Positions 18,583 through 29,536 of a DNA stretch of 64,000 nucleotides are shown in pieces (positions within the stretch are counted from its first letter, which is position 1; the number at the start of each line of letters is the position of its first letter). Source of the DNA: an uncultured Candidatus Binatia bacterium (GTDB lineage: Bacteria; Desulfobacterota; Binatia; Bin18); NCBI GenBank assembly GCA_965214605.1, contig OZ243961.1, positions 2,400,001 through 2,464,000 of the forward strand. Reading direction: 5' to 3'. A program made the translations under genes and the position numbers. A model generated the notes under the pieces. It worked only from the letters and a program-made list of their open reading frames with translations, was not told the DNA's origin and made no database searches.

Positions 18583-19500
18583 ATGCGAGAAGCTATGTTG
18601 CCCGCAGTCTTTACCCCCCAATTTCTCGCCCGACTAGAAACCCTCCAGCTTCGGGCACGGCGGAAATTTGTCGGGAGCCGTCCGGGGAAACATGTTTCGC
18701 CCCGACGTGGAGCCGGTCTTGAATTTGCCGACTATCGTCCCTACACCCCGGGCGATGATCTGCGCTATATTGACTGGAAACTGTACTGTCGCACCGACCG
18801 TCACTACATCAAGCTCTTTCAGGAAGAAGAAGACCTCTACATCTACCTGTTCCTCGACCTGAGCGCTTCGATGGGGTATCCGGTCAGCGATGAGAAGTAT
18901 GCCGCGGCCCGTAATCTGACCCTGGCCCTGGCCTATATCGTGTTGGCCGGGGATGATGCGGTCAAACTGCACCCCTTGACCAGCGATGAGACCGAGCAGG
19001 CGACGCCGTTTTTTCGCGGGCGGCGGCGCTTTGCTCAACTGAACGATTTTGTGACCGGGCTCCAACCCCAGGGCCGGCTGCACCCCCCGACCGCCCTCGC
19101 CCGCCACCTGCACGCCCTGCACCGTCCGGGCAAAGCGATCTGGGTGTCGGATTTTCTCTTTCCCATAGAGATGTTCCACACTTCGCTCAATCTGCTGCGG
19201 GCGGCCAATTTTGACCTGGCAGTCATTCAGGTGTTGGGCAGAACCGAGACCGATCCGCCGCTCCGGCCGGCCGGTGCCCGCTTTGTGGATAGCGAGAGCG
19301 GTGGATCGGCGCTGCTCCGTTTTGATGCCCAGGCCAAGAAATCCTATGTCGAGCGCCTGCAGCGTCACAACCGAGAGCTGCGCAGTTCGTGTCATCAGGC
19401 TGGCGTGCGTTATGCACAATTTGTGACTGGAACAGAAGGGACCGGTGATTTTCACGCTTTCGTCTTGCGCGAATTGCCGGCCTTAGGCCTGCTCAGTTAA
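18583..19500 (+). CDS. DUF58 family protein (MoxR-associated)
   Basis: GAGLEFADYRPYTPGDDLRYIDWK, DLSASM and VSDF. Confidence 0.93.
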   Translation: MREAMLPAVFTPQFLARLETLQLRARRKFVGSRPGKHVSPRRGAGLEFADYRPYTPGDDLRYIDWKLYCRTDRHYIKLFQEEEDLYIYLFLDLSASMGYPVSDEKYAAARNLTLALAYIVLAGDDAVKLHPLTSDETEQATPFFRGRRRFAQLNDFVTGLQPQGRLHPPTALARHLHALHRPGKAIWVSDFLFPIEMFHTSLNLLRAANFDLAVIQVLGRTETDPPLRPAGARFVDSESGGSALLRFDAQAKKSYVERLQRHNRELRSSCHQAGVRYAQFVTGTEGTGDFHAFVLRELPALGLLS

Positions 19501-19520
19501 AGGGGCGGTCGGTCGAACAT

Positions 19521-21368
19521 ATGGACTTCTCATTGCTCTCCGTGTCGTCCGCAGTGTCCCTGTTGGTGGCGCTCCCCGCCTTATTGGTGCCCTATTTATT
19601 CCGTCGGCGGGCGAGGCGGGTCATTGTTCCCTGCCTGTTCCTGTACGAAGGACTGGCCACCTCGGCCAGACAGGGACTGTGGGGCCGCTTACACCTCTCG
19701 CCCCTGTTCTTCCTCCAGCTGCTGATTCTTTTGCTCTTGATTTTGAGCGCGGCTCGTCCGGTCGTGCACAGCCGGAGCGGCTCTGTCGCCCTAGTGCTTG
19801 ATACCTCTGCGAGCATGCAGGCGCGTGTGGATAACGGTGCCACGCGCCTGTTTGATCTGGCCAAGCAAGAGCTGTGGTCGAGCGTGCAGACGACCCCCGA
19901 GGGAGCGCGTATCGGGCTGTTCACCGCTGCCCCCACTCCACAAGAAATTGCTGATATTGTCGTGGGGGGAGCATCAACGCTTTTTGTTCCCGATGCGGTT
20001 GATCCGCCGTCTGAGTCGGGCCCTTCTCTCCGCCGACTGCTCGAACGCATCGAGGCCACCGACGCCCCCGACCCGAGCGATGAGGTCTTGTCTCTTTTTT
20101 TTGCCCGGCTGTTGGCGCAGGAGGGCTTTCAGCGTCTGGTCTTCTTTACCGATAGACCCCTGGTCTCGTCAGCCCAACCGCACATCTCGGTGGTACAGGT
20201 CGGGGAACCCGGCCCGAACCTTGGTATCATCGGCTTTCGTCTATACCGCAGCCCCTTTTTTCCTGATGCGGTTGAGGCCACACTGCGGGTCGGGGGCGGA
20301 GAGCTCAGGGAAGGCTGGCGGGTCAGCATTGAAGATGTTGAGAGCGGTCAGCGCCTCCAATCGCTGGCGGGGAGCGCCGCCCAAGACCAGACCTTTTCTT
20401 TTTCTGGTCTGCCTGTGGCCGCCACCTACCGGGCTCGGCTGTTGATCGAAGACGGTCTTGCCCTGGATAATGAGGCTTATGCTGTCCTGCCCTCACTGAG
20501 ATCGGTGGCGGGACTGCTGGTCACGCCGCTCCCTCCACGCACTTCCGGCCTGTCCCAGATTCCCTCTCTCAGGCTTGAGCAGGTTCCCCCTCAAGACTAT
20601 AGCCCAGAGATGGCTGCCCGTTTTCCATTTGTGATTTTTCACCTGACTGCCCCCGCAACCTTGCCGCCGAGCAATGCCGCTGTTGTATTGCCGCCCGAGG
20701 GCAATAGCGTCTTTCCCTTAGGCCGGGCGGTTGCCGGACCTGACATGACTCGCTGGACGGTCGGTCACCCACTGGTGAGGTATGTGAATTTTCCGCTCTT
20801 GCAACCGACCTTCGGCCAGGCGTTCTCGCCACCGGCCTGGAGCGAAACGGTCGTTCATGCCACGCCCGGACCGCTGATCTTGGCCGGCGAGCGGCGCGGC
20901 TATCGCTATGTCGCTGTTGGGTTTGACTTGTTCCCGTACCTTGGCAAGCGGAATTTACCGATCTCGATTCTGACCCTGAACCTGTTGGATTGGCTGGCCA
21001 GTCAGGCCGGCCACCCGCCCAGTCTGAAAACCGGGACGAGCCTGACTCTCCATGGACAATCACCGCAGGTCTCTGGTCCGGACGGACAGCCCCTGTCCAT
21101 TGCCGGCCGGAGTCTGAGTCTGCTCAAGCAGGGGGTGTATCGTGTCACCCAGGATGGACACCAGCGCCACCTTGCCGTCAATATCAGCAGTGCCGAGGAG
21201 TCCCGACTCGGGCGGTCCCTGCGGCTGGCTGTTCCCCCGCTGGTGAGACCGGAGCCAACAACCCAGCGTCCAGTCTGGCCGTGGATTATTGTTGCCGTGT
21301 TGCTGCTTTTAGGCCTCGAACGCCGCCTTGGCAAGAGGCAGGAAACAAGAGGCAGAGATTGGGACTGA
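19521..21368 (+). CDS. BatA/vWA domain membrane protein
   Basis: N-terminal BatA-like TM segments, AARP, MIDAS DTSASM, FTD, and a C-terminal TM ending LER. Confidence 0.85.
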   Translation: MDFSLLSVSSAVSLLVALPALLVPYLFRRRARRVIVPCLFLYEGLATSARQGLWGRLHLSPLFFLQLLILLLLILSAARPVVHSRSGSVALVLDTSASMQARVDNGATRLFDLAKQELWSSVQTTPEGARIGLFTAAPTPQEIADIVVGGASTLFVPDAVDPPSESGPSLRRLLERIEATDAPDPSDEVLSLFFARLLAQEGFQRLVFFTDRPLVSSAQPHISVVQVGEPGPNLGIIGFRLYRSPFFPDAVEATLRVGGGELREGWRVSIEDVESGQRLQSLAGSAAQDQTFSFSGLPVAATYRARLLIEDGLALDNEAYAVLPSLRSVAGLLVTPLPPRTSGLSQIPSLRLEQVPPQDYSPEMAARFPFVIFHLTAPATLPPSNAAVVLPPEGNSVFPLGRAVAGPDMTRWTVGHPLVRYVNFPLLQPTFGQAFSPPAWSETVVHATPGPLILAGERRGYRYVAVGFDLFPYLGKRNLPISILTLNLLDWLASQAGHPPSLKTGTSLTLHGQSPQVSGPDGQPLSIAGRSLSLLKQGVYRVTQDGHQRHLAVNISSAEESRLGRSLRLAVPPLVRPEPTTQRPVWPWIIVAVLLLLGLERRLGKRQETRGRDWD

Positions 21369-21412
21369 GGGATGTTGGCCCGTCTTCCCCTTCTCAATTC
21401 TTTATTCTCGAG

Positions 21413-24016
21413 ATGGACACCGCTTCTTCCCTTCCCTCCTCCCTTCTGTCTTGGCTGCCGCCGCTGGCATTTGAGCGGCCCGCGTTTTTGTGGCTTTTTG
21501 CCGGGCTGCCCCTCTTGTGGCTGTTGGAGTGGCGTTCGTTACGGTCCGGGATTGGGGTGGTCAGCCTGGTCCTCCACGCTTTGCTGGTGGGGCTGTTAAT
21601 TCTGATTGCGGCCGGCTGGCAGAGCCTGCGACCGGGCACGGTTCACGCTCCGCTGCTCGCCTTCGACGTCTCCCACAGCCTGACGGCTGATCAACGCCGC
21701 TGGATGCGGGAGACCGCGGTCCGACGACTCGCACCACCCCCCGACACGCCGACCCTGCTGTTTGCCGGCAGACGTGAGTGGTTGCCGTGGAGCCAAGCCG
21801 AGTCCTTGCTACTTGCCCCGCCCCCACACTTACAGCTTGAAGAGAGTAACCTGGCCGGCGCCCTGACTGGCATCCTGAACGAGAGTCCGGGACGAACGAC
21901 CTATCTGCTGAGCGACGGCTGGGAGACGGTCGGAGCGGCCGCCCCACTCCTTCCCCTCCTAGCCGAACGTCGCCACCACCTCTATCCGTTGACTCCGCCG
22001 GGTGCCGAGCCAGCTCCGAACATTGCGGTCCAGCGTATCGGTGTCCCGCCTGTGGTGCAAAAAGGGGACGCCGTGGCGCTGAGCCTGGTCCTTGACAACT
22101 CCCACCCCAGCCCTGTTCAGGGGGAACTGGTCCTGCGACAACATGACCGGCCGGTGTGGCGGGATCACGTCAGTCTATCACCAGGGGTTTCTCTGTTGAC
22201 CCGCTCAATTTCCCTGTCTGAAGAGGGTCTGATTCCGCTACAGGTGATGTTCACCCCGGCGTCCGGGGTGCAGGATGCCCGCCCGGATGATAACCGGGCG
22301 GTGGCCTGGGTCCAGGTCAGCACGCCCGACACGGTCTTAGTACTCGGTGCTCGGGAGCGTGATAACCGCTATTTACAACAGGCGCTCGACAGCCATGGAT
22401 TTGAGGTGCGGGTCGTGGACTACTCTTCTCCATCAACGGTGGTGCCGACCCCGGAATCGTTCGGCGTAGTCATTCTGAACAATGTGGCCAAGGATAGCCT
22501 CCCGTCGGCCCTGCCGGAGCGTCTCCAGACCTATGTGCACAACGGCGGGGGCTTGATCATGGTCGGTGGCGAATCGAGCCTCGGTCTAGGCGGCTACACC
22601 GGCACGCCGATTGAGCAAGCCCTACCGGTGTCTCTCATGCCGCCCCAAAAAGAGGAAAAGCGGACGGCCGTGATGCTGATCATTGATAAATCAGGCAGTA
22701 TGCGCCGGGAGCAGCGGCTGCTGTTCGCCAAAGCCGGTGCACGTGGCGTGGCGCGTAACCTGAAGGATAGCGACCTGTTTGGCGTCATCGGTTTTGATAG
22801 AGCGCCGTTTCCCGTCATTCCGCTGAACTATCTGGGCAAGATTCGTAACGACGTAGAGTCACGGATCGCCAGACTCAAAGCGGCCGGCGGGACCTACCTC
22901 TTGCCTGCCCTAAAAGAGGCCAAAGGTCAGCTAGAGCGTCAAGACGCCACCCGTAAGCACGTGGTAATCCTCACCGACGGTGAAACCGGCGGCAGTGGCA
23001 GCAATTATCTCGACCTCGTATCGGTCATGCACCAAGAACTCAAGATGACCATCTCGACCATTGCCGTTGGACAACGGCCCAATCTCCGCCTGCTGTCGCG
23101 TCTGGCTGCCTACGGCGGCGGGGCTTTCCACCACACGACCGACCCCTCTACCCTGCCTGAGCTGTTTATTGGTGAGCTTGAGGAAAAAGCCGAAGAAAAG
23201 ACCATGGTCGAAAAGGATCTCATCCCCATCCCCAACCCTCGCTCGCCCCTCCTCCCAGACCTGGCCAAGCGCCGGCTGCCGCAGGTCAAGGGTTATGTTG
23301 AGGCACGGCTCAAGACCGGCGCCCGCAGCGACGCGTCGCTACAGGTGAACAGCGTGTTTACGCCTCTGCTCGCCTCGTGGTCGTACGGACGGGGCCGAGC
23401 CGTGGTCTTTACCTCCGACGTCAACGGTCGGTGGTCGGCACCGTGGATCGGCTGGGGTGGTTTTAGCACCTTTTGGGAACAGATCGTTCGCTGGACCGGA
23501 CAAAACACAGCCGGCCAAGAAAAGACGACCGATTTTGCGGTCGAACTAGGTCACACCGGTCGAGGCCTGGTCATTGATCTCTTCTCCTACGCCAGCCAGG
23601 AGCAGGGCCGAACGGCTTCCGCCGAACTCCGTCTGCCGAGTCACACGACCCACGCGTTGGCTTTGGAGCGGCTGGCGCCGGGCCACTACCAGGGGGTCTA
23701 TCCCGGCCCTCAGCCGGGCGACTACCGGGTCGAGTTGCACCTGCCGTCTGGCAAAACGTTGGGCCCACTAGGATATACCGTACCAGCGCTAGACCAAAAG
23801 GGAGAAACCCCCCAGCCCCAGCCAAACCTAGTCTTGTTGGAAACCCTGGCCCACGCAACCGGCGGGAGTCTGAATCCAGACCTCGGTGCTGTCGTCCACC
23901 CCGTCAGCCCCCCCCAGCCCCGGCCGCTGTTGCCGTATTTGATTCCGCTGGCCATGGGGCTGTATTTGCTGGACCTGTTGGTGCGGCGAATGGATACCGG
24001 GCCGGCCGGACCCTAG
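21413..24016 (+). CDS. Large vWA domain protein with glutamine amidotransferase-like domain
   Basis: DVSHS and DKSGSM MIDAS motifs, GGGLIMVGG, LTDGE, YGRGR..FTSD and terminal TM helices. Confidence 0.88.
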   Translation: MDTASSLPSSLLSWLPPLAFERPAFLWLFAGLPLLWLLEWRSLRSGIGVVSLVLHALLVGLLILIAAGWQSLRPGTVHAPLLAFDVSHSLTADQRRWMRETAVRRLAPPPDTPTLLFAGRREWLPWSQAESLLLAPPPHLQLEESNLAGALTGILNESPGRTTYLLSDGWETVGAAAPLLPLLAERRHHLYPLTPPGAEPAPNIAVQRIGVPPVVQKGDAVALSLVLDNSHPSPVQGELVLRQHDRPVWRDHVSLSPGVSLLTRSISLSEEGLIPLQVMFTPASGVQDARPDDNRAVAWVQVSTPDTVLVLGARERDNRYLQQALDSHGFEVRVVDYSSPSTVVPTPESFGVVILNNVAKDSLPSALPERLQTYVHNGGGLIMVGGESSLGLGGYTGTPIEQALPVSLMPPQKEEKRTAVMLIIDKSGSMRREQRLLFAKAGARGVARNLKDSDLFGVIGFDRAPFPVIPLNYLGKIRNDVESRIARLKAAGGTYLLPALKEAKGQLERQDATRKHVVILTDGETGGSGSNYLDLVSVMHQELKMTISTIAVGQRPNLRLLSRLAAYGGGAFHHTTDPSTLPELFIGELEEKAEEKTMVEKDLIPIPNPRSPLLPDLAKRRLPQVKGYVEARLKTGARSDASLQVNSVFTPLLASWSYGRGRAVVFTSDVNGRWSAPWIGWGGFSTFWEQIVRWTGQNTAGQEKTTDFAVELGHTGRGLVIDLFSYASQEQGRTASAELRLPSHTTHALALERLAPGHYQGVYPGPQPGDYRVELHLPSGKTLGPLGYTVPALDQKGETPQPQPNLVLLETLAHATGGSLNPDLGAVVHPVSPPQPRPLLPYLIPLAMGLYLLDLLVRRMDTGPAGP

Positions 24017-25692
24017 GCTTGCCCGCCTGAGATTTTCAGCAAACTTGGTTCATAGTCCTCGGGTGGCTGATAGCCGAGCAGCTCCAACACGGTGGCGGCC
24101 ACATTGGCCAGACCGGCCTCGGGGAGGTCATCACGCAGCGACAGGGTGCGCCCGTCGCCCTCAATCAGGAAAAAGGGAACCGGATTCAGCGAGTGCGAGG
24201 TCCGTGGCTGCGGCTTGCCGTCCGCCCCCAGCAGCGGCCGCTGGGAGGAGTCGCGCTGGACCATGTCTTCGGCGTTGCCGTGATCGGCAGTGACGACCAG
24301 ACAGCCCTTCTTGGCTAACACTTCGGGCAATATCCTGCCCAATGCCCGGTCGACCGCCTCAATTGCGGTGATTGAAGCGTCAATCTTGCCGGTATGGCCG
24401 ACCATGTCCCCGGCGGCAAAATTGGCGCGGATGAAGGGGGCGGCGTTGCGAAGCGCTTGAATTACCGTCTGCGCGGTTTCTGCCGACTTCATCCACGGGG
24501 CTTCATCAAACGGGACCTGATCGGACGGGATCTCAATATACTCCTCGCTTTGGTCATCAAACTTCCCCGAACGATTGCCGTTCCAAAAATAGGTCACATG
24601 ACCGAATTTCTGGGTTTCCGAACAGGCGAGCTGCCGCACCCCGTTGTGGGCCAGGTACTCGCTGAGCGGCCGTTCAATCTCGGGCGAAGGGACGAGAGAG
24701 CACCGGGGAATCTTGAGATCCCCATCGTACAACATCATGCCTGCATACAGGACCTGGGGCACACGACCCCGGTCGAATTTGTCAAACGTCGGGCCGGCTT
24801 CAAACGCCTGTGAAATTTCCAGCCCTCGGTCGCCTCGAAAGTTAAAAAAGATTACCGCGTCCCCGTCCTGAACAGGGCCCAACGGCCTGCCGTCCGGCCC
24901 ACACACCACGAACTCAGGAAGAAATTGATCGGCAATACCGGGGGTTTCTTGCCGATAGGTCTCAATCGCGCTGCGGGCGCTGAGAAACGTTCGGCCGAGG
25001 CCGTGCACCTGAGCGTTCCAGCCACGTTCGACCATGGCCCAGTCGGCCTCGTAGCGGTCCATGGTTGTCGTCATCCGCCCGCCACCGGACGCAATACCGT
25101 AATCGTTTCCGGTGTGTCGAACACTTGCTAGGACTTCTTCCAAACGATCAATATACACCAGGGCCGAGGTCTCAGGCACATCCCGGCCGTCCTGAAGGGC
25201 GTGAACATACAGGCGTGGGAGTGCCTCGTGGGCAGCGCGCTTGATCAGGGCGAACAGGTGCCTCTCGTGCGAGTGAACATTGCCGTCCGACACCAAACCG
25301 ATCAGGTGCAGAGTTCCATCCGTCGCCCGCAGGTGGTCGATGATAGTCTGCCAGGCCCCATTCCAGATCGTGCCGTGTTCGATTGCCAAGTCAACGAGCT
25401 TGGCCCCCTGGTCAAAAATACGACCCGCTCCCAGAATATTATGGCCAACCTCTGAATTCCCCATATCCGCGTCTGAGGGCAGTCCGACTGCGGTGCCGTG
25501 AGCGCGGAGCTGGCGCGCTAGGCCGCCTTCGCCCAACGCGTCGAGGGTCGGGGTTTTGGCACGGGCTACCGCGTCAAACTCGTCGCCCCGACCGATACCG
25601 ACGCCGTCGAGAATAAGCAAAACAACCGGACCTTGGGAAGCAGAGAGCGTGGCATGTGGCTTGAGTTTCATGGAATCTGCCTTTGGTGTCAT
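24013..25692 (-). CDS. gpmI: 2,3-bisphosphoglycerate-independent phosphoglycerate mutase
   Basis: Motifs LILDG, DMGNSEVGH, DGRD, MDRYE, FNFRGDR, DMVGHTG and TADHGNAE. Alternative start 25671. Confidence 0.96.
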   Translation of the reverse strand: MTPKADSMKLKPHATLSASQGPVVLLILDGVGIGRGDEFDAVARAKTPTLDALGEGGLARQLRAHGTAVGLPSDADMGNSEVGHNILGAGRIFDQGAKLVDLAIEHGTIWNGAWQTIIDHLRATDGTLHLIGLVSDGNVHSHERHLFALIKRAAHEALPRLYVHALQDGRDVPETSALVYIDRLEEVLASVRHTGNDYGIASGGGRMTTTMDRYEADWAMVERGWNAQVHGLGRTFLSARSAIETYRQETPGIADQFLPEFVVCGPDGRPLGPVQDGDAVIFFNFRGDRGLEISQAFEAGPTFDKFDRGRVPQVLYAGMMLYDGDLKIPRCSLVPSPEIERPLSEYLAHNGVRQLACSETQKFGHVTYFWNGNRSGKFDDQSEEYIEIPSDQVPFDEAPWMKSAETAQTVIQALRNAAPFIRANFAAGDMVGHTGKIDASITAIEAVDRALGRILPEVLAKKGCLVVTADHGNAEDMVQRDSSQRPLLGADGKPQPRTSHSLNPVPFFLIEGDGRTLSLRDDLPEAGLANVAATVLELLGYQPPEDYEPSLLKISGGQA

Positions 25693-26142
25693 GGTTTGTG
25701 GTCGGAGAGACGCAGAAAAATCAGGAGTTGCGATGCACGCTCATCGATATCACAGCGGCTTGATTTCTTGAATGCGGGAAAGGTGATCGTAAGATTGAAT
25801 GTCGGCATGGCGTCTATGCGGCCGTTTGGGTCAACACAGATTACACAAAGCACGGAATCCACAAGACTTCTGGGCTGTGCGTTGGCCCGTGTCAGCGTGT
25901 TCTTAATAGGTCTCGCTCTGAGCAATCCTCTGACGGGATACCACAGAGACCCGCCGAGCGTTTGTCCAGCGGCCTGGTCTTGAGATCCTCGGTCATGTCT
26001 CCCTCTCACCGGAAGAGTGGAAACACGCGACACGGCTCAGGTTGTAGCACAGAAACCGAATAGCCCGCGCGCACCGCCGGAGCCTTGGCATAGACGAGAG
26101 AAAGGCCCTCATTTTGGTCGGTATTGGTGAGCAGTACATCAG

Positions 26143-27269
26143 TCACGCGATTTCTCCTATCAGCCGATCGGTATCACGAAGGCGAATTTCGCCGGACATA
26201 AGCTTAGGGAGTAAGGCCTCGCGCAGTGCAATGAGGGTGCCTGATGCGTGCGCGGTGGCGCTGGCTTGCGCGAAGAGCGCTGGAAGGCTCGGGCGACTTT
26301 CGTCGAGGGCGCCACTAGTGGCAAGTGAGACAGAGCTTTCGCTGGCACGCGCTGGCGTCCGCTTGTTCGTGTGGATTGCGAATTCACGGAAATCTGGGCT
26401 TCGTGCCAAGCAGTACGCGAATTCGTTGGGGATCGGAGGCTTTGGTCGCATCACGATGTACTCGGTTGACCCCCAGCCGATGCAACCGTCTGTCAGAAAA
26501 TCGACATAGGTCGCCTTGCCGTTTTCAAGGCGGGGCGTCATGCGTGCAAGAAGGGTATCGCCATTGATGAAACGCATACCAGAACCGAACGGCCTATCAA
26601 TCCACTTGTCGGGTACATGGCCCTTGGTCGGGATGTTGGCCATGTCGAGATACGGGCGGTCTCTCCTTTTCAAAGCGTTCTCTTGGGGTTTAGGTCGATT
26701 ACGTCACAGAATAAAGAAGCTTCCCATCCCTCCGGAATCTCGCCAAGTTCCGAGTCGACAAGCCGATCAGGAAACAGGTCGTCGATATACCAGGGCAGCC
26801 CGGTCTCGCGACCTGCCATCTTGACGCGGACGGGATCGCAATCGACGAACCACGACTTGAACAGGGCGCGGGCCAGCGCCTCCAGCGTCTCGTTCATGCG
26901 CCGGTTCAACTCAATCTTCGCGTCCAGCCTGCCCAGGATGGGGGCGCGGGCCCGGTGTTGTGACACGTCAGGCACGGGCAAGTCGCACGCGTGCGCTTCA
27001 TCACGATTGAGGCCGGGAACCGCGCGCTCGAAGTTGAGGGTTTGCCCCCCTATGGAGTGGAGAGCAAAGGTGGTCTCAAGAGGCCAAGCTGGTGGGGACG
27101 GGTCAGGAACAGCTCCCACCGTTCCTGTGCCTCCGATGAGGACAGGCGGCCCACTTGTGCGGGCGGCCTCGTGATCACCAATACCACCATTAGCCCCGAC
27201 CACGGGCATGGCCCCCGCTGGATTTCTCTTCCCCTCTGGGAAACGCTTGCCATAAGAAAACGGGGCCAA
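26143..27269 (-). pseudogene. hsdS: Type I restriction-modification specificity subunit hsdS, frameshifted
   Basis: LDAKIELNRRMNETLEALARALFKSWFVD, DSELGEIPEGW, ARMTPRLENGK, GSTEYIV and LREALLPKLMSGEIR. Frameshift near 26670. Confidence 0.88.
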
Positions 27270-27299
27270 TTCACCCCTGGTTGTCTCAACGGACCCATT

Positions 27300-27783
27300 G
27301 GGCGTGCCTGAGTTGGGCTAGGGCGGCCTGCCGCATCCGATTCTCGGCGCGTACCCCACCCATATTCCCGCTCGCTCTCGCGGTGGAAGCGCGCCGGGAG
27401 GCCCGCCCAGTCCCACCAGGCAGGGGATGCTGGATTGGTGCCCCGCCTCCTCGAACGCCGCCAGGCGGTCGGCCGGGATTGTGTCTTCAAGTCTGGACCG
27501 CGCAGCGCGAGGGCAAGTTCTCGGCGATCTACTCGTCGCGGTCCTCGGCGGCCTCCGCGCCCCATCCGGCGAGCACCACCGGGTGGCACTCCTCGAAGGC
27601 GTCGGAGAGGTATTTGAGGAAGATCAGCCCGAGGACGACATGCTTGTACTCGGCCGCGTCCATTGAGCCGCGCAGCGCGTCGACCATCGCCCACAGCTCA
27701 GCCTCATGGCCGGGCGTGGCGCCGCCGTCCGGTTTCGCTGTCTTGTGGGTCTTCTCCGGACCATGCAGCGCCCTTCCGATCAT
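27300..27783 (-). pseudogene. hsdM: Type I R-M methyltransferase hsdM remnant with large internal deletion
   Basis: [36 protein letters not shown]...EDRDE* is the HsdM N-terminus. Premature TAG at 27529, and the catalytic domain is absent. Confidence 0.85.
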
Positions 27784-27823
27784 TGGTTCCGGGCCCGGCC
27801 AAAGACGGCTGGGCAGCTGGCGC

Positions 27824-28300
27824 TTATTCGGCCAGACTCCGATATTTCCCTTTATAGAACAGCAGAGGTGCAGCATCGACAGTGGCGATGGTCTGGATCT
27901 CGCCGGTGTAAATCGTATGGTCGCCCCCCTCATAGCCGGCAGCGACCTTGCATTCGATATGGGCTAAGGCTCCATCAAGCAGCGGCACCCCAAGGCCACC
28001 CACGCTATAGGGGACCCCCTCAAACTTCTCGATGCCCTTGGTGGCAAAACGGGTTGAGAGTTCTTCCTGCTCAAGAGACAGCACATTGACCGCAAAGACT
28101 CCCGAGTCCTCAAAGCAGGCGTAGCAGTCAACGGTCTTATCAATGCAAACGAGCAGCAGGGGCGGATCAAGCGACAGCGAGCTAAACGCATTAGCGGTCA
28201 AGCCGAATGGTTTGTCGGTTTTATCCTTTGTGGTAATGATGGTCACGCCGGTGGCAAAGTGCCCCATAACGTTGCGTAGCTCGCGTGGATCAATAGCCAT
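27824..28300 (-). CDS. Flavin reductase (DIM6/NTAB family)
   Basis: [20 protein letters not shown] and GGDHTIY. Confidence 0.95.
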   Translation of the reverse strand: MAIDPRELRNVMGHFATGVTIITTKDKTDKPFGLTANAFSSLSLDPPLLLVCIDKTVDCYACFEDSGVFAVNVLSLEQEELSTRFATKGIEKFEGVPYSVGGLGVPLLDGALAHIECKVAAGYEGGDHTIYTGEIQTIATVDAAPLLFYKGKYRSLAE

Positions 28301-28348
28301 ACCGCCCTCCTCGCGTGTGATCTTCGTCCATGACTGCTACCAGAGGCG

Positions 28349-29479
28349 TCATGTCACGTCAATTCCTGCCTGGCCGGCTGTCTGCGGCGGCGAGAGGAGA
28401 GCCTGAGCGACGTCTTTATCGCAGCTCGGTGCCTGGCCAAAGACCTTCTCCCATACGGGCGCGGTTTCCATACACATATACAGGGGCACGCTGGGGGCGG
28501 CGTGTCTGAGCCAGCGGCTGAGGGTCCGGTACATTTTGACCCGTAGGGGTTGAAAGGTCCGCCACTTCCCGTCCGCGCAGCGCACCTGTTCGCCCGACAG
28601 GAGACGGGTCTGAGGGAAACGGCGGCGCAGTGTGGCGCGCAGGGACGGGGTGAGACGTAGGCTGCCGAGGCTGAGCCAGGCCACGCGGCGTGGATCAATG
28701 GCCGAAAAGAGGTGGTCGATGGTCTGGCGATAGCCGGCCTGCCAGTCGGGATATTCAATCAGCGGATCAAAATGAAAACCGAGCCGGTAGCCGGCCCGCT
28801 CGACCTGACGGGCCGCTTCGAGGCGTTCGGCAAACGACGCGGTGCCATGTTCTTCCGCCTCCACAATCTCGGCTGGCGTGATCGTCCACGACACCACGGT
28901 TCGGTCCTTGGGGTCGAGTTTGAGCAGACCTGCTACGCAGTCGGTCTTGGTTTTGAGTTCGAGCACGACGTTTTTACGCTGGGCAAAAAACGGCACGAGG
29001 TCGGCCGAGAAATCGAGGAGCGGGTCAAGGGCCAGGCTGTCGGATAATTCTCCGGTCCCGATGCGGAATTGCTTCCACGGCTGCCGATCAACCGTGGCCG
29101 CAACCTCGTCTAGTAAGTCGCCCACATTGGTGTAAACGGTCAGAAGCGGGTTGTTGGCCAGATAGTCCTGGAGAAAGCAGTAGCTGCAGTCCATGGGGCA
29201 GTTTGAGATGAGGCTGACCACCAAGTAGTTACAGCACACCAAACCAGGAGTTCCGGCTGGACAGTGTTCAAGAAAGCGGGAGCGGTTGCGGGTCAACAAG
29301 AGGCGTTTTTTCCCCGCTGTAAACGGGTCTGGCAGCCCGCCGGCAGGAATCCAGGCTGCCCGGCCTTTGTCCACGCTGCAGACCGGCAGATGGGGCAGGC
29401 GTTGTCGCACGCGCTGGACAACAGGCGCGTTTTCTTCGCCCCGTTCAATCAGAATTTCCTGCGGGTGATAGTGTCGCAT
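28349..29479 (-). CDS. Spore photoproduct lyase-like radical SAM protein
   Basis: NCPMDCSYCFLQ, CPAGT...CCNY, RIGTGELSDSL, ELKTK, EHGTASFAERL, HFDP and YMCME. Confidence 0.88.
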   Translation of the reverse strand: MRHYHPQEILIERGEENAPVVQRVRQRLPHLPVCSVDKGRAAWIPAGGLPDPFTAGKKRLLLTRNRSRFLEHCPAGTPGLVCCNYLVVSLISNCPMDCSYCFLQDYLANNPLLTVYTNVGDLLDEVAATVDRQPWKQFRIGTGELSDSLALDPLLDFSADLVPFFAQRKNVVLELKTKTDCVAGLLKLDPKDRTVVSWTITPAEIVEAEEHGTASFAERLEAARQVERAGYRLGFHFDPLIEYPDWQAGYRQTIDHLFSAIDPRRVAWLSLGSLRLTPSLRATLRRRFPQTRLLSGEQVRCADGKWRTFQPLRVKMYRTLSRWLRHAAPSVPLYMCMETAPVWEKVFGQAPSCDKDVAQALLSPPQTAGQAGIDVT

Positions 29480-29536
29480 AGCGGAGGGCGAAGCATAAAA
29501 CGTCAAGGCCGAAACGTCAAACCGGCACCGCTGCCC

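Noticed and set aside
20990-21412. N-terminal extension giving a 1008-aa vWA protein
   Set aside because: Overlaps the upstream gene and has no protein-like character. The start is more likely ATG 21413.
25689-26033. 114-aa ORF upstream of gpmI
   Set aside because: No recognisable motif or RBS, and it lies next to the decayed R-M locus.
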